In this document: positions 16,545 through 26,804 of the stretch, one piece after another
Layout: each line of letters starts with the position of its first letter
How positions within the stretch are numbered: the first letter of the stretch is position 1
Position numbers and translations under genes: made by a program
Notes under the pieces: generated by a model
What the model was told of the DNA's origin: nothing
What the model saw: only the letters and a program-made list of their open reading frames with translations
Databases searched by the model: none
Virus record (IMG/VR): IMGVR_UViG_3300025809_001850
Reading direction: 5' to 3' (one strand)
DNA from: a virus
Taxonomy: Duplodnaviria > Caudoviricetes
DNA: 64,000 nt

Positions 16545-17387
16545 TTATTCCTCGGCAACTGCACGACCTTTATCTGCTTTCCAGTCCTGTTCTGATCGGT
16601 CTATTTCTTCGTTTCTTTTAATTACCGCATCTAAAATGGGTGATTCAACTTTATTTTCTTTTGCAAAGTTTGCTAATGCGTTTGTGTCTTTCGGAAAACA
16701 AGTTCCTCCGAATCCACGTTTACCATCGTGTCCTGGTACTTTTGTATGACCCGTTCCTATTCTTTTATCTTGTGTTGCAATACAACGAACGTTTTCGTAA
16801 TCAATACCGACTTCTGAACAAATGCTTTCAAGTTCGTTAAAGAATCCAACCTTAACACTTAAAAACACATTCTTTAAATACTTGATCATTTCTGCTTCAC
16901 CTGGTTTGCATTGAATTACTTGCTTGTTAACAACAGAACCCGTTCCTCCGTTGTAAGCCAACTCAAACATACGTTTCATTTTTTCGTATAAAAAAGGATC
17001 AGTAGAACCAAGTATCCATTGATCGCAGTTCTTAAAATCTTCTTCCCAATTTTTCTCGGTAAGAAATTCCGGCATAAAGTTAACATCAAGTTCTTCACTT
17101 GTTCCCGGTGGAACTGTAGACCTCAACACAATATACTTGCTATCATCTATTTCTTGTATTTCTTCGCATACTGAACGAACAATATCAAGATTTGCACTTC
17201 CATCTGAATTCATTGGTGTAGGAACGGCAACGAAAATAATTTCGGACTCTTCTACAAATGTTTCAATATCCAATGTTTTAGGATCTCTTTTTTCGGGAAC
17301 TACATCCCATACCAAAACTTCTACGTGTGGTCTAAGCAATGTCATTGCATGACCCACGAAACCATTACCAACCACTCCAATCTTCAT
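16545..17387 (-). CDS. ugd: UDP-glucose/GDP-mannose 6-dehydrogenase family
   Basis: IGVVGNGFVG, VAVPTP, RSTVPPGT, PEFLTE, AEMIKY..N.FL..K, GFGGTCFPKD; short form without the C-terminal domain. Confidence 0.9.
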   Translation of the reverse strand: MKIGVVGNGFVGHAMTLLRPHVEVLVWDVVPEKRDPKTLDIETFVEESEIIFVAVPTPMNSDGSANLDIVRSVCEEIQEIDDSKYIVLRSTVPPGTSEELDVNFMPEFLTEKNWEEDFKNCDQWILGSTDPFLYEKMKRMFELAYNGGTGSVVNKQVIQCKPGEAEMIKYLKNVFLSVKVGFFNELESICSEVGIDYENVRCIATQDKRIGTGHTKVPGHDGKRGFGGTCFPKDTNALANFAKENKVESPILDAVIKRNEEIDRSEQDWKADKGRAVAEE

Positions 17388-17452
17388 ATAACACAATCTC
17401 CATTAAATTAATGCGATATAACCTTTTATTATAAATATAATAAAACGAAGTA

Positions 17453-18268
17453 TTACTTGAATTTTCTTTTAATTCTATCGATTGCGTTTTTGTCGGAAAC
17501 ATTAGTTGAGTTTCCAAGTGAAGAGCCGAATATGTTTAATATCTCATTCTTACTTAATTTTTTATCATCGTCAACAGAACGTATTTTTTCTTTAGCATCG
17601 TGTACACCCTTAATGATGTTGCTTGTCATCTGACTACTTGTTATTCCGAACCATGTAATTAGTGCAGGTATTTTTCCCACCAACCAACCAAATAGTTGAG
17701 TGATCACAGGAAGAAGAGCAGGTCCTGCTATAACACAAACTGCGATTGCACCAAGTAAACCGAATGTTCCTGTTAACCATGCCCACAAAGAAGAAAAGAA
17801 TCCATCTTTGTTTTCTTGTGCTTTTAATTCTCCTAAACTAATTAGTTTTTCCTCGGTATCTTTTAAGTCGTGTCCAAGAATTTCTTTTCGTCTGCTTAAG
17901 TCTATAACATCACTATCTCTGTCTGCGAGATTTTCTATTGCCAGTTCGTTGTTGTTTATTACATCTTCCACATAAATTTTATCACCTGGTTGTGGAAGAC
18001 CCACAATTTCTTGTGCCTTTTGTGCGAAACCGAGTGCTACCAGGTCTTCTTTAGATTTGTCTTCTGATAAAGATAGGGCATCTACTGCCCCCGATACAAA
18101 TGCACGTGTGTGCCTACTCAACTCTCCTTCTTTGCGAGTTATTTCTCCTGCAATTTCTTGTCGGTCTTTTTTTAAACCCCAAGTGGGCAAACTTATGCAT
18201 CCTGATGTGAATATCAGTATCATTGCGACCAAACTTGGTATAAGTATTCCACGAATCCTCATACTCAT
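17453..18268 (-). CDS. lipoprotein with C-terminal transmembrane segment
   Basis: Signal peptide and lipobox FTSG|C (Cys24); hydrophobic stretch GFFSSLWAWLTGTFGLLGAIAVCVIAGPALLPVITQLFGWLVG. Confidence 0.7.
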   Translation of the reverse strand: MSMRIRGILIPSLVAMILIFTSGCISLPTWGLKKDRQEIAGEITRKEGELSRHTRAFVSGAVDALSLSEDKSKEDLVALGFAQKAQEIVGLPQPGDKIYVEDVINNNELAIENLADRDSDVIDLSRRKEILGHDLKDTEEKLISLGELKAQENKDGFFSSLWAWLTGTFGLLGAIAVCVIAGPALLPVITQLFGWLVGKIPALITWFGITSSQMTSNIIKGVHDAKEKIRSVDDDKKLSKNEILNIFGSSLGNSTNVSDKNAIDRIKRKFK

Positions 18269-18281
18269 ATATATGCAGTTT

Positions 18282-19139
18282 TTATAGTTTTTTAGAAAAT
18301 TTGTTTACTTCGGTATGAAAATACTTATTTGATTCGTCTCTAAAGTTTGGTATATCTGATCGCAACATTGGATTGTTTTTTACAGGTGACGGTGACTCAC
18401 ATACTATCATGTTTTTTAAAACATATTGTTGAACATCGTAGTTTTTTGCTTTCATTATTTTACAACACTGCATTGCGAATGTATCATCTGGTCCGTAACC
18501 CTTAAATGTAGTTGGTATTCTTATTTTCTTAAGTAAACTTGCATTGATGCAATTAAACCACCCACCTCCCCACTTGAATGTGTTAATAGGAACTAGTTGT
18601 ACACGGCCGAAGTTGTGATTTTCAATCAAGTCACAATTTACACTTTTGTAGAAATTGTGTGACTTATCCTTGAATACTTCGTGTACGATACAATCCCAGG
18701 TAGTATCCCACAACCTAACAACATTGGGTGTTATTATATAATGATCGTGTTTGTTTGATAAAACAACATCTGCGCTTTCATGGTGTGCTAAAATTTTTGA
18801 ATTAAAGTGCATATCCGAATCTAGGAATATTATGGAATCTGATGTTGTGCTGTAATTTATCGTGAGATTTCTATGTTCATTTACTCCTAAAAAGTTTTTG
18901 TCTGATGTTATTGTTTCATCATACCCAAACTTACTTTCTTCATTTATTTTTCTAAACGAATTTATTATGTTTGGTGTGTGGTTTTCCAACTTGGTTAGTG
19001 ATTCGTTGATATTTAATGTCGTGAGTATTTTAAATTGAGATGAATCTTTTACATGAGCAGCTGCCATGTTCAACGAATGCATGAGTCTTTTATACTCGGT
19101 TAATTCTTGTGGGAATATGTGAATTGATAGTATGATCAC
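18282..19139 (-). CDS. GT-A-like glycosyltransferase
   Basis: IIFLDSDMHF (DxD), GGGWFN, GYGPDDTF; probable GTG start overlapping upstream TGA. Confidence 0.6.
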   Translation of the reverse strand: MIILSIHIFPQELTEYKRLMHSLNMAAAHVKDSSQFKILTTLNINESLTKLENHTPNIINSFRKINEESKFGYDETITSDKNFLGVNEHRNLTINYSTTSDSIIFLDSDMHFNSKILAHHESADVVLSNKHDHYIITPNVVRLWDTTWDCIVHEVFKDKSHNFYKSVNCDLIENHNFGRVQLVPINTFKWGGGWFNCINASLLKKIRIPTTFKGYGPDDTFAMQCCKIMKAKNYDVQQYVLKNMIVCESPSPVKNNPMLRSDIPNFRDESNKYFHTEVNKFSKKL

Positions 19140-20830
19140 GACAATAACAGACTCCAACAAAAACTCATGTACACCGACTCTTCACATTTTCCTTCATTTT
19201 TGGTGACTGATGTACGAAGGGACTTATATACAGTAAGTGGGTGTTTCCGTATATATGACTTGCTTACATAAAAACTGTGCTTGGGATCATATTGCATTGG
19301 ATTGGGACTTGGTGGTTCGTGTAGTGTATATCCATCACGATGACGTTTCAATGTTAATGTATGATTTCCTATATAGCGTTTTTGCCAGGATTCAAATGTA
19401 TAGTTAGAGAACCTAATTTCGTTTTTTCTGATTATGTGTTTGCTTGGATTTAATTGTATAATTTCACGTACAGATTCCAGTGGTGTATAAGGATATTCTT
19501 CAAAACTACCAGCTGTATTAAATATTATATCATTAACATAATAAGTCCAGTTGTTGTGAATATTCTCACTTACAAAGAAGCACATATCTGGTAAATTTTC
19601 ATAATTTTCAATTATATACTGCAAATAATATTGATTGTAATTGTGGTGCTTGGGTGTATTGGTGAAATCCAACAAAACCTTCTCACATTCAATTAATCCT
19701 AAGTTGAATTGTTTTTTGTGAAATTTGACTCCAACCACCACATGATCACCGTATTGCTTTCTGTGATCAACTATTGACTTTGGTTTTATGGTTTTTAGTT
19801 TATTGACAAAATCAAACGAGTTTGTGTTTATCGAAAATGATCTGTTGTGTTTTTTTATCAATCGTGAAATTTTTGTGCGAAGGTGATAACCATCTGTGCT
19901 ATTCGCTAGGTGATCATCCTCTTTTCTTTGAACAAAATAATCGTTTAATAGCACAAGTGCTTTTTTGTTTTTAACTTTATATAAACGAGTTGTTTGTTCT
20001 AGATCCTGATTTGGATTATATTTTGCTAACCTAAGAATGTGTTCTCTGTCTACATATTTTCTGTTCTCTGGTGTTCCGTGGTATGAAACTTCTAATTCTA
20101 TTTTTAATGATTTAATTTCGTTCACTTTTTTGGTTGTGTGTCTCCATTTAATGAAATCTTGTTTGAACTCTCGTAGATCAGAGAAAAATCTATCACTGTT
20201 TATGAAAGAATCAAAATTATCAATTTCAAGAAATCCTATAAAGTTTAGGTAATCTCCGGATCCTGCGATTGCCCTGTCGTATAGTGGTGCGTCCGATGAC
20301 AAAAATGAAACTGGATATACATAACCGTAACCAGGTTCACCCTTTCTGAAGTGTAGCATATCATGGAGTTCAGTTGACTGAGTTTCAATTGCATATGACA
20401 AAGAATCACATTTGTAAAAATCACCAAAGTGGTTTTTGTGTTTTTTGATGGTGGAGCAGATCTGTATAATTGAATTGGGTGACACTTCTTGTGTAAGTTT
20501 ATTATACCATCTTGGATTCGTTGGATTTATGTCACAATCTAACCACCCTATATATTCATATTTACTTTTGATTTTGTTTATCTGAAGATTTAGTAACTGC
20601 TCTTTTTTCCAGTAAGTCTGTTCGCAGTAAATAGATGTAATACGATGGCAGTTTTTATTTATTCTGTATTTTGATTCGTTGTTATACGACTCTATTACAT
20701 AAATCTCGTATAAGGTGTCGTTGTACATTTTATCATAAAACATCAAGAAGTTAATGTATTTTGATAAATAATTACACGGATTAAAATAACAACACACAAA
20801 TGCAATTTTTGGTTTACTTGACACTTCCAT
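19136..20830 (-). CDS. GT-A-like glycosyltransferase with C-terminal DUF3431-like segment
   Basis: YIGWLDCDI (DxD), EPGYGY, IAGSGD; C-terminal YLQYIIENYENLPD. Confidence 0.6.
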   Translation of the reverse strand: MEVSSKPKIAFVCCYFNPCNYLSKYINFLMFYDKMYNDTLYEIYVIESYNNESKYRINKNCHRITSIYCEQTYWKKEQLLNLQINKIKSKYEYIGWLDCDINPTNPRWYNKLTQEVSPNSIIQICSTIKKHKNHFGDFYKCDSLSYAIETQSTELHDMLHFRKGEPGYGYVYPVSFLSSDAPLYDRAIAGSGDYLNFIGFLEIDNFDSFINSDRFFSDLREFKQDFIKWRHTTKKVNEIKSLKIELEVSYHGTPENRKYVDREHILRLAKYNPNQDLEQTTRLYKVKNKKALVLLNDYFVQRKEDDHLANSTDGYHLRTKISRLIKKHNRSFSINTNSFDFVNKLKTIKPKSIVDHRKQYGDHVVVGVKFHKKQFNLGLIECEKVLLDFTNTPKHHNYNQYYLQYIIENYENLPDMCFFVSENIHNNWTYYVNDIIFNTAGSFEEYPYTPLESVREIIQLNPSKHIIRKNEIRFSNYTFESWQKRYIGNHTLTLKRHRDGYTLHEPPSPNPMQYDPKHSFYVSKSYIRKHPLTVYKSLRTSVTKNEGKCEESVYMSFCWSLLLS

Positions 20831-21443
20831 CTGAATTATAATTACTATCGTAGATATTGTTATTTGTTTCTTGCTTGGATATTGATTTTGTGTGTATTAA
20901 ATCTAACGAGTGGTCTTTGGGTAAATTAGACGCAGATGTATGCCCTACAATGTATTCATGTACAGAACGAGTCCAACGAATTGATTTCTTGTTTTTAAAT
21001 ATCCGTGTTTGATAATCTGGATAGTTTATACGAGATTGTGAATCTAATACCCAATTCCACTTCTTTAAATGGGTTGTCTGTATGCCGGTTACGTAGTTTT
21101 CACGTGGTACTCGGAACATCTCGGTTTTTGGGTTTTTCCTTAAAATTGTTTTTATATTCTTGAATAAGGTTCGTGTTGGATATTCATCTGCGTCTATTTG
21201 AAATATATAATCACCCGAACACTTTGTTATTAGTATGTTCTTGTGAGTTGCATAATCTTTATTTAAATTATTGTAATGTACATTGGGTTGAGATTTTAAT
21301 ATATCAAGTGTTTCTTGATTCGTGGAGTAATCGTCAAGAATAACAACTTCATCTTCTGCGTCTTTGTTTATAGTAAGTTCATTGATTAATTTTAATAAAC
21401 AACTCACTTCGTTGTGAGTGCATATAGCATAACTAATTTTCAT
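20814..21443 (-). CDS. glycosyltransferase family 2
   Basis: ISYAICTHNE, LDDYSTN, DYIFQIDADE, YPDYQTRIF, VHE. Confidence 0.9.
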   Translation of the reverse strand: MKISYAICTHNEVSCLLKLINELTINKDAEDEVVILDDYSTNQETLDILKSQPNVHYNNLNKDYATHKNILITKCSGDYIFQIDADEYPTRTLFKNIKTILRKNPKTEMFRVPRENYVTGIQTTHLKKWNWVLDSQSRINYPDYQTRIFKNKKSIRWTRSVHEYIVGHTSASNLPKDHSLDLIHTKSISKQETNNNIYDSNYNSDGSVK

Positions 21444-21446
21444 TTT

Positions 21447-22151
21447 CTATTTCTCGTCAACTGGTGGTTCACTAGAACTTGTCACATCGGTTTCTTTTAC
21501 AAACTTCTCAACTTCACGAAATACACTTAAAAATGTATCAACATCACCAAATCTGTCAATAACAATATTTTTAAATCTTCTGTCTGACAATCCATCTAAC
21601 TTTGTTCCAATCGCATTTTCGACAAGCTTCTTTTCTCTCGATAACTCTGATAGTTTATCGTCTTTTGATATTAAGGTTTTCTTTTGTTCTCGGTGACCGG
21701 TGTAAATTTTTGAGAAATCTATATATGCAAGCTTGAGGGTGCTCATGTTGCTTGTTATGTAGGTTCTATAACAATCACGAAACGAAAGTATCCGTTTGAC
21801 ATGGGTTGCATAAAACGAACGTGGACGATTTACTATTTCCTTCACTGGGGATATTAGTTCATATCTCCGTTTTAAAAGTGATAGTGTATCGGTGACTAAA
21901 ACTACTTTTAAAAATGATTTGAACTCACTCCAAGGCAGAATTTCTAAATTTATTCCATGAAGCTTCAACCCACGAGCATCTCTGAATGTATTTAATACAA
22001 ATACAATACGCATTAATTTTCGTTTTGTTTTCTTGGAGTCATCCGATGGTGCATATGAGAATGTTACGATTTGACCTGGTTTTATACTGCGTATTGGTGT
22101 ATTTTTGAAACCACCGACTAATCTAGATAAATATGCTTTGTAAAAACTCAT
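21447..22151 (-). CDS. hypothetical protein, possibly T4 gp2 (DNA end protector)-like
   Basis: PGQIVTFSY...LHGINLEILP resembles gp2 motifs; start at MSFYKAY. Confidence 0.45.
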   Translation of the reverse strand: MSFYKAYLSRLVGGFKNTPIRSIKPGQIVTFSYAPSDDSKKTKRKLMRIVFVLNTFRDARGLKLHGINLEILPWSEFKSFLKVVLVTDTLSLLKRRYELISPVKEIVNRPRSFYATHVKRILSFRDCYRTYITSNMSTLKLAYIDFSKIYTGHREQKKTLISKDDKLSELSREKKLVENAIGTKLDGLSDRRFKNIVIDRFGDVDTFLSVFREVEKFVKETDVTSSSEPPVDEK

Positions 22152-22171
22152 TGTATATAAATACAAACACA

Positions 22172-23413
22172 CTAGTTTATATCAGGTAAATCAATTGGAA
22201 CTTCTACCGAAACCTGCTCAAACTTTGGAATTAGAGTCTGTGTGTATTTCTTGAACGCAGATTCCTTGGAAAACTCAGTGAGATTAATTTCTTTTAATTT
22301 TACTGCACTCTCTTTGTATCCTTCATATGTTTCATATATAGTCCTAAGTTCTTTTGCTGAATCTGATTCTACCACATCCGCCCACGTTGAGTCTTCACAA
22401 AACAACTCGTTGGTTACCCCTACAAGTTTTGGAACATAATTTAATAAGGTAGAGTGTTCTTCTGATAGAAAGTCTAGATGCCCTGACCAATTAGGTGCTA
22501 CTACAGGTACGGCACACAAAGTTGCTTCTAACAGAGGTCTACCAAAACCCTCACCTCTGGTATGCGTTACAAAGACCTTTACCTTTGTGTGGTTATACAA
22601 CTGATTTAGTTCATTTGAGTCAATTTCACCGTGGAGCAAATAAACGGAAGGTCGGTTTGATTTTGGATAATCAGAAAGAATATCACGTATGCGTTCTTGT
22701 GTATCGTAATAATCAGATGTACTAAAATTAGTTCCGTTTGTTTTTAATATTAACCCAGGTTTGACATCATGTGAATTGAATGCATTTACAAATGTGTTGA
22801 TCAATGAACTTATATTCTTTCTACCCCCGTCATCCGTGGGTGATGCTGTCCATTGACCCATAAACAAATAGCAAAAATCTTCCTGAATTGAATTAAGTTG
22901 GTTTGTGATATCCGAGTTGCATATCTCTTTGGTGTTTTTGTAAAAACAATCGTTTGCATATTCGTGTACAACTTGTATATCAGTTGTTAGTTTAACTGAT
23001 TCGTATATTGAATTTTCAAATGTGAGTTTGGTGAATTCAGATGGCACTATAACGATATCCATTTGATTGCACCCCTGTATAAACGGAACATTTACCTTTG
23101 ATGTCTCGACTCCGGCCGTTATACCTACATTGTATGTACCAAGACGTTTAAATTCAGGTGGTAGTCCCATTTGAACATATATGTCGTAGAAATCATGTAC
23201 ATCATCTTTATCTACAAACATAGGTGATAATTGTTTATGCAATTCGGTGTTGTCTTTTAATCCTGTCTGTGGATTGTGACCCCAAGGTGTTGCTATCAAG
23301 TGTATGTCATATTCAGATGTATGTTCCAATAAAAATTGTGCAAACTCTCTTGCGTGGTCACCATATCCACTACGAGACAATATGGGTGATACATATAGTA
23401 ATTTCTTTTTCAT
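22172..23413 (-). CDS. glycosyltransferase family 4 (GT-B)
   Basis: SRSGYGDHAR, RKNI, RGEGFGRPLLEA (EX7E), WSGHLDF. Confidence 0.9.
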   Translation of the reverse strand: MKKKLLYVSPILSRSGYGDHAREFAQFLLEHTSEYDIHLIATPWGHNPQTGLKDNTELHKQLSPMFVDKDDVHDFYDIYVQMGLPPEFKRLGTYNVGITAGVETSKVNVPFIQGCNQMDIVIVPSEFTKLTFENSIYESVKLTTDIQVVHEYANDCFYKNTKEICNSDITNQLNSIQEDFCYLFMGQWTASPTDDGGRKNISSLINTFVNAFNSHDVKPGLILKTNGTNFSTSDYYDTQERIRDILSDYPKSNRPSVYLLHGEIDSNELNQLYNHTKVKVFVTHTRGEGFGRPLLEATLCAVPVVAPNWSGHLDFLSEEHSTLLNYVPKLVGVTNELFCEDSTWADVVESDSAKELRTIYETYEGYKESAVKLKEINLTEFSKESAFKKYTQTLIPKFEQVSVEVPIDLPDIN

Positions 23414-23414
23414 G

Positions 23415-24674
23415 TTAGAGTTTCTTTATTTTTAACTTAGTACGTGGTTTGAATTTTTTAATACAGGTATCAATTATATCAACTATACCAGATGTCATGT
23501 GTTTCAATGAAAAGTTTTTTTCAATATACTTTCTACCGGACTTTCCCATTTCAAGACGTTGTTTTGGAGTTTTGTTGTATAACTTAATAATTGCCCGAGC
23601 TACATCATCTGAACACACAAAGTCTTCGTATAAATACGGAGTTGTTGCGTCACCTGATAATTTTCTTACTTTGGGGGTTATGCCAACGCCACCTGTATTT
23701 GTTTTGCTTAGTTGATCAGATAGACCTCCTGTTTTATTGCATATTATGGGTGTTCCCGCTGCAAGTGATTCAGCTGTTGATAAACCAAATCCCTCGTTGC
23801 TTGATGCGTTTATTGTTACATCAAATGTATTGTACATTCTGTTGAGGGTAATTTCATCTACCTTGGTGGTGGAAAATATTATATTTCTATTCGGATATAA
23901 TTGATCAGACAATTTAACAATGTCATGCCCACCTTCTCCAATTTGATTGGTGTGGAACATTAATAGTGTTTTTTCTGCTTGTTCAGGTGAAATCATACTG
24001 CAAAATTTATCGTATGCCTCCATTACAACAGGAAGCTGCTTACGTCTCATGTTGGCATTGTTGCAAAACAACGCAAACTCACATCCGTTTTTTAGCAAGT
24101 TGTATTTACTTTCACGAATGTTTGATTCACTTAACTTGTTAAATACGGTTGTATCAACTCCATGTGGAACATAACTACACAATGTGTCAGATCCCTCTGT
24201 TAACGAATTAACGATTGAATATGTCAACTGACTGATACACGCTATTCCGTCACAACTCATATAAACTTTTTTATTAAACTCCGGAATTGGATCGTTGTCC
24301 CATACATGGTAATATATCATGGGACACAATTGACGAATTTGAGTATCTAGTTTAAATAACCATTGATAATAACGTGGATCTGTCATAAACATCACTACAT
24401 CCGGAGTTTCTTCTTCAAGAATTTTATTTAAAATCGTCTCATTTCCATATCCCGAACTGCAATATAGTCGTGCATAGCAATCTTTAACGTCGGTTAGTTT
24501 AGTTATTGACTGAGATATGTCAATAACCGATCCGTGTTCAGGATGCTCTTTTCTGCACGCTATCTGTATCCAGTCGTATTTGTCAATGGTATTTAGAATA
24601 ATATTTTTACATATATTCGATACACCTGTCGGATATCTTATATCGTCACCAATTAGTAGTATTTTAGATTTCAC
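23415..24674 (-). CDS. glycosyltransferase family 4 (GT-B)
   Basis: TGVSNI, VPHGVD, NANMRRKQ, NEGFGLSTAESLAAGTP (EX7E). Confidence 0.9.
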   Translation of the reverse strand: MKSKILLIGDDIRYPTGVSNICKNIILNTIDKYDWIQIACRKEHPEHGSVIDISQSITKLTDVKDCYARLYCSSGYGNETILNKILEEETPDVVMFMTDPRYYQWLFKLDTQIRQLCPMIYYHVWDNDPIPEFNKKVYMSCDGIACISQLTYSIVNSLTEGSDTLCSYVPHGVDTTVFNKLSESNIRESKYNLLKNGCEFALFCNNANMRRKQLPVVMEAYDKFCSMISPEQAEKTLLMFHTNQIGEGGHDIVKLSDQLYPNRNIIFSTTKVDEITLNRMYNTFDVTINASSNEGFGLSTAESLAAGTPIICNKTGGLSDQLSKTNTGGVGITPKVRKLSGDATTPYLYEDFVCSDDVARAIIKLYNKTPKQRLEMGKSGRKYIEKNFSLKHMTSGIVDIIDTCIKKFKPRTKLKIKKL

Positions 24675-24680
24675 TCACTT

Positions 24681-24709
24681 AGTATCATACTATTGAGTGA
24701 AAATGTCAA
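24681..24709 (-). promoter_or_regulatory. possible sigma70-type promoter
   Basis: TTGACA, 17 bp, GATACT; GTG start 6 nt downstream; weak -10. Confidence 0.4.
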
Positions 24710-24710
24710 A

Positions 24711-24908
24711 CTAATATTTTTTGTTGTCTGTGATCGGAGATGACTCGTCAATGGTTTTTTTAAACTTAGAGTCGGTCAAGTACAAATGAATTGCACGATT
24801 TACTAGTTTTTGCAGTGTCATTTCGGAATTTAATGTCTCCATTTTAAATTCCTTGTACTTGTCCGATAAGACCTTTACGGTGGTTAATTTGTAATTAGCA
24901 TCATTCAT
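24711..24908 (-). CDS. small ribbon-helix-helix-like protein
   Basis: 65 aa; beta-strand LTTVKV followed by two helices (TLQKLVNRAIHLY); ATATTTAT 6 nt upstream. Confidence 0.55.
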   Translation of the reverse strand: MNDANYKLTTVKVLSDKYKEFKMETLNSEMTLQKLVNRAIHLYLTDSKFKKTIDESSPITDNKKY

Positions 24909-24962
24909 GTGAATATAAATATATCGTAAATAAGTTTTAATTCTAAAATATTATAAAAACTA

Positions 24963-25595
24963 CTACCATCTTGGTGGATTTAGAGGACATTTACTACTTG
25001 CTAATAATAATTTTCCACTTCCACATCCACATTTTGTACACTTTGCATAGTTGGTTTGCTTATTTTCTGTCCAAAACGAACATGATCTACATATTGAGAT
25101 TCTTTTATTCCATTGATGTGATTCTACCACAGGTCTTCCACTTTTTTTCCACGATACAAGAGAGTGAGCTAAATTTTTTGGAAGATTTTCAAATCCCAAG
25201 TCTCTTGCTTCAACTTCATATTGCTCTTGTGTGGGTTGTTGTGGTTCGTGTGTAGGTGGATTTGGTGAAACTGGTATTGGATTATTTAAGTGAATGTTAG
25301 AATCTTCGGTTTGTGAATTGATGTATTCTGATAAATGTTGTTTGAATTCAGCTGGTATATCAAATGTAGGATTATCTAAATCACCACCCACAGACTGTTT
25401 AACTTCATGTTCATTACTTTTATGTAATTGTGGTTCGTTCCTCCTGGCAACGGATTCAAGTTGCAGTTGGTTGTCGGTGGCGTTAATTGATATTGAATCT
25501 TCTGATTTGGTTTCATCCACTTCTTTATATTTAGCTTCAGTAAACTCACCGACCTGTCGGCCGTTTCTTTTGTATCGTTGATATAGTTTTCCCAT
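24963..25595 (-). CDS. hypothetical protein with C-terminal Cys cluster
   Basis: ICRSC...KCTKCGC...KCP...W at the C-terminus. Confidence 0.7.
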   Translation of the reverse strand: MGKLYQRYKRNGRQVGEFTEAKYKEVDETKSEDSISINATDNQLQLESVARRNEPQLHKSNEHEVKQSVGGDLDNPTFDIPAEFKQHLSEYINSQTEDSNIHLNNPIPVSPNPPTHEPQQPTQEQYEVEARDLGFENLPKNLAHSLVSWKKSGRPVVESHQWNKRISICRSCSFWTENKQTNYAKCTKCGCGSGKLLLASSKCPLNPPRW

Positions 25596-25641
25596 TTTAT
25601 CTTTCTCGAAAATAATTTTACTCTAAATACTTATATAGTAC

Positions 25642-25944
25642 ATGGATTCAAATATTATTACAATTCCAAGCACAAACGATGAACTTGATGCAGACTTATC
25701 CAAAAATAAAGATGAATACATAGATTTCATATACGGAGAGTTTGAAAGATTTAAAACATTAAAGACAATTCCCGAACACGTCAAGATTTTTAATTTTAAA
25801 GAAACTGACCTACAAGTCATTATACGAGAAGCAAATTATATCTCTAATATTGACAACTTACTAAAACACTATATAACAAAGGAGGAATATGAAAAATGTA
25901 ATACGCTTAATAAATTAAAGAATAGAATAATGGATACTAATTAG
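25642..25944 (+). CDS. hypothetical protein with UvrB/UvrC-like C-terminal motif
   Basis: HYITKEEYEKCNTLNKL. Confidence 0.65.
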   Translation: MDSNIITIPSTNDELDADLSKNKDEYIDFIYGEFERFKTLKTIPEHVKIFNFKETDLQVIIREANYISNIDNLLKHYITKEEYEKCNTLNKLKNRIMDTN

Positions 25945-25992
25945 TAGTAGCAGGAAATAGCATTATAAATAATAATAGTAGAGGAAATTAGG

Positions 25993-26736
25993 ATGTCAAG
26001 CAAAAAACAAACAACCACCTCAGATGAAATAAGGTCGGATAGTCAATTACAAGACCAAATCAGAGAAAACGAGAAACCAAGAACATTAAAAATAAAACAC
26101 AAAAAGTTTACAGATAAACAAAAAAACTTTGTAGATATCGGTTTAGCAGATAATACAAACATGATGTTTATCAACGGACCAGCTGGTAGTGCAAAAACAT
26201 ACATCAGCATATATTGTGGATTAAAATTGTTATCGGAACAAAAAGTAGAAGAACTAGTCTACATAAGAAACGCAGTAGAAAGTTCAGATCATAAGTTGGG
26301 ATTTTTACCAGGAGCACAAGATGACAAGATGGCTCCGTATTTAGAACCACTTAAAGATAAACTTGAAGAATTTTTAAGTATCGTAGATATCAAATATTTA
26401 CAAGAAGACAACCGAATCTACGGAGTTCCAGTTGGATTTTTGCGAGGAGCAAGTTGGACAGATAAGTTTGTAATTGTAGATGAAGCTCAGAACATGACAG
26501 AAAAAGAACTAATCACAATCATGACACGAGTCGGTGAAAATACAAGAGTGTTTATATGTGGAGACACAATGCAAAGTGACATCGGCAACAAATCAGGGTT
26601 TGCTAATATTCAAAATCTATTCAATGATGAGTCCTCTAAAGAGCAGGGAATATTCACCTTTGAGTTTGACGAAGACGATATTATTAGGAGTAAACTTGTG
26701 AAATTCATAGTCAGACGAATAAAAAGTTTAAGATAG
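25993..26736 (+). CDS. phoH: PhoH-family ATPase
   Basis: GPAGSAKT Walker A, LGFLPG, P..FLRG, IVDEAQN, TRVGEN, GDTMQSD, DIIRS. Confidence 0.95.
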   Translation: MSSKKQTTTSDEIRSDSQLQDQIRENEKPRTLKIKHKKFTDKQKNFVDIGLADNTNMMFINGPAGSAKTYISIYCGLKLLSEQKVEELVYIRNAVESSDHKLGFLPGAQDDKMAPYLEPLKDKLEEFLSIVDIKYLQEDNRIYGVPVGFLRGASWTDKFVIVDEAQNMTEKELITIMTRVGENTRVFICGDTMQSDIGNKSGFANIQNLFNDESSKEQGIFTFEFDEDDIIRSKLVKFIVRRIKSLR

Positions 26737-26804
26737 GCCATATTTATTGAAATATAAAAAATATACATATATTTATTTATAGACAGACGAATTTAGGTTA
26801 AACA

